Both the position numbers and the translations under genes were made by a program. DNA of 64,000 nucleotides from Thalia democratica (lineage: Eukaryota), in the NCBI GenBank assembly GCA_965202585.1, contig OZ241829.1, positions 21,018,001 through 21,082,000 on the forward strand, written 5' to 3'. Below are positions 63,349-64,000 of this stretch, piece by piece. A model generated the notes under the pieces. That model saw only the letters and a program-made list of their open reading frames with translations. It ran no database searches and was not told the origin of the DNA. Position 1 is the first letter of the stretch. Each line of letters starts with the position of its first letter.

Positions 63349-63612
63349 TTACAGAGTCCTGAGCGCTCCCGTGGCAACTTCCTGGAAAAGCTCCTCCCTC
63401 TTGGCGTCCTCCTCCTCCGTCGGAGTGGTTATGCTGTCGATGGAGGAGTACATCTTCTCCCTCAGGTGCTCTCCGTACACCGTCTCGCTCCACGCCAGGT
63501 GCCTGCAGTAGTCCGAGGGCTTCTTCTTCAGCTTGGCTCCCAGCATCCACGGCTTCTTCTTGAACGGTTGGTACGAGTCGATGCACAGGTCTTCAGCTTC
63601 GTCGCGTTTCTC
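63349..63612 (-). CDS. Probable terminal coding exon of an unidentified gene
   Basis: A GC-rich open frame EKRDEAEDLCIDSYQPFKKKPWMLGAKLKKKPSDYCRHLAWSE...GALRTL*. It is preceded by CTAACAG (acceptor-like) with an in-frame TAA just upstream, so it must be spliced or start at the internal Met. Confidence 0.65.
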   Translation of the reverse strand, partial: EKRDEAEDLCIDSYQPFKKKPWMLGAKLKKKPSDYCRHLAWSETVYGEHLREKMYSSIDSITTPTEEEDAKREELFQEVATGALRTL

Positions 63613-64000
63613 CTGTTAGCATGTATTTTAGCGATGTTATTAAGTGTATTTTTGATGTAATGACAGTCAGAACTATGGAAATCCAGCAAGAACTTCGGAA
63701 ATCTGTCTTCTAAGTAAATTTTAAAGTTGCCAAGATTTTAAGAATTTTATAAGCTATAACTGGCAAGTCTAAAACTTTATAAATCTTTTTAAAACTTTTC
63801 TATGCTACTTCTAGTGTCTTTAAGCTTTAAACTATTTTTATGGTATTGATATACTTTTTATCGTATTTTTTAAACTGTTTGAGCTTTACTTAAGCAATTT
63901 TATAGGTCTTCTGTAAAAATATACTTGGTTTAAATATACAATTAAACATTAAAACTAACTATTAAAACCTTTAAAGCAGTAGATAAATCTATTATTTTTC

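Overview
Very AT-rich eukaryotic genomic DNA, probably from an invertebrate animal (inference). I found no rRNA, intact tRNA or CRISPR array. Positions ~1-54,500 form a giant inverted duplication around a 100-N assembly gap (26241-26340). The inner arms (14301-26240 and 31799-43738; mirrored coordinates sum to 58039) are essentially identical. The outer arms (~2-11500 and ~42000-54493; sum ~54490-54500) are patchily diverged, from very similar to roughly 85% by eye. This is either a real palindrome or an uncollapsed, inverted haplotig. The duplicated region holds a birth-and-death cluster of single-exon intracellular serpins in two subfamilies. Type A has a basic reactive loop, and every copy is broken by a one-base lesion. 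Type B has a predicted P1 Asp (LVYD|Y), with three full-length copies, one internally deleted copy and one RCL-only fragment. Interleaved are an orphan ~114-aa family (family X, 8 loci, 2 intact, possibly PB1/CIDE-N-like), a 98-aa membrane microprotein, hAT-type MITEs with 8-bp TSDs, a minimal hammerhead motif and several repair scars. The unique right end encodes a KH-repeat protein lacking the GXXG loop, with a third KH domain hidden behind a 1-nt frameshift, and the last exon of an unidentified gene. All identifications come from reading the sequence by eye; no searches were run.
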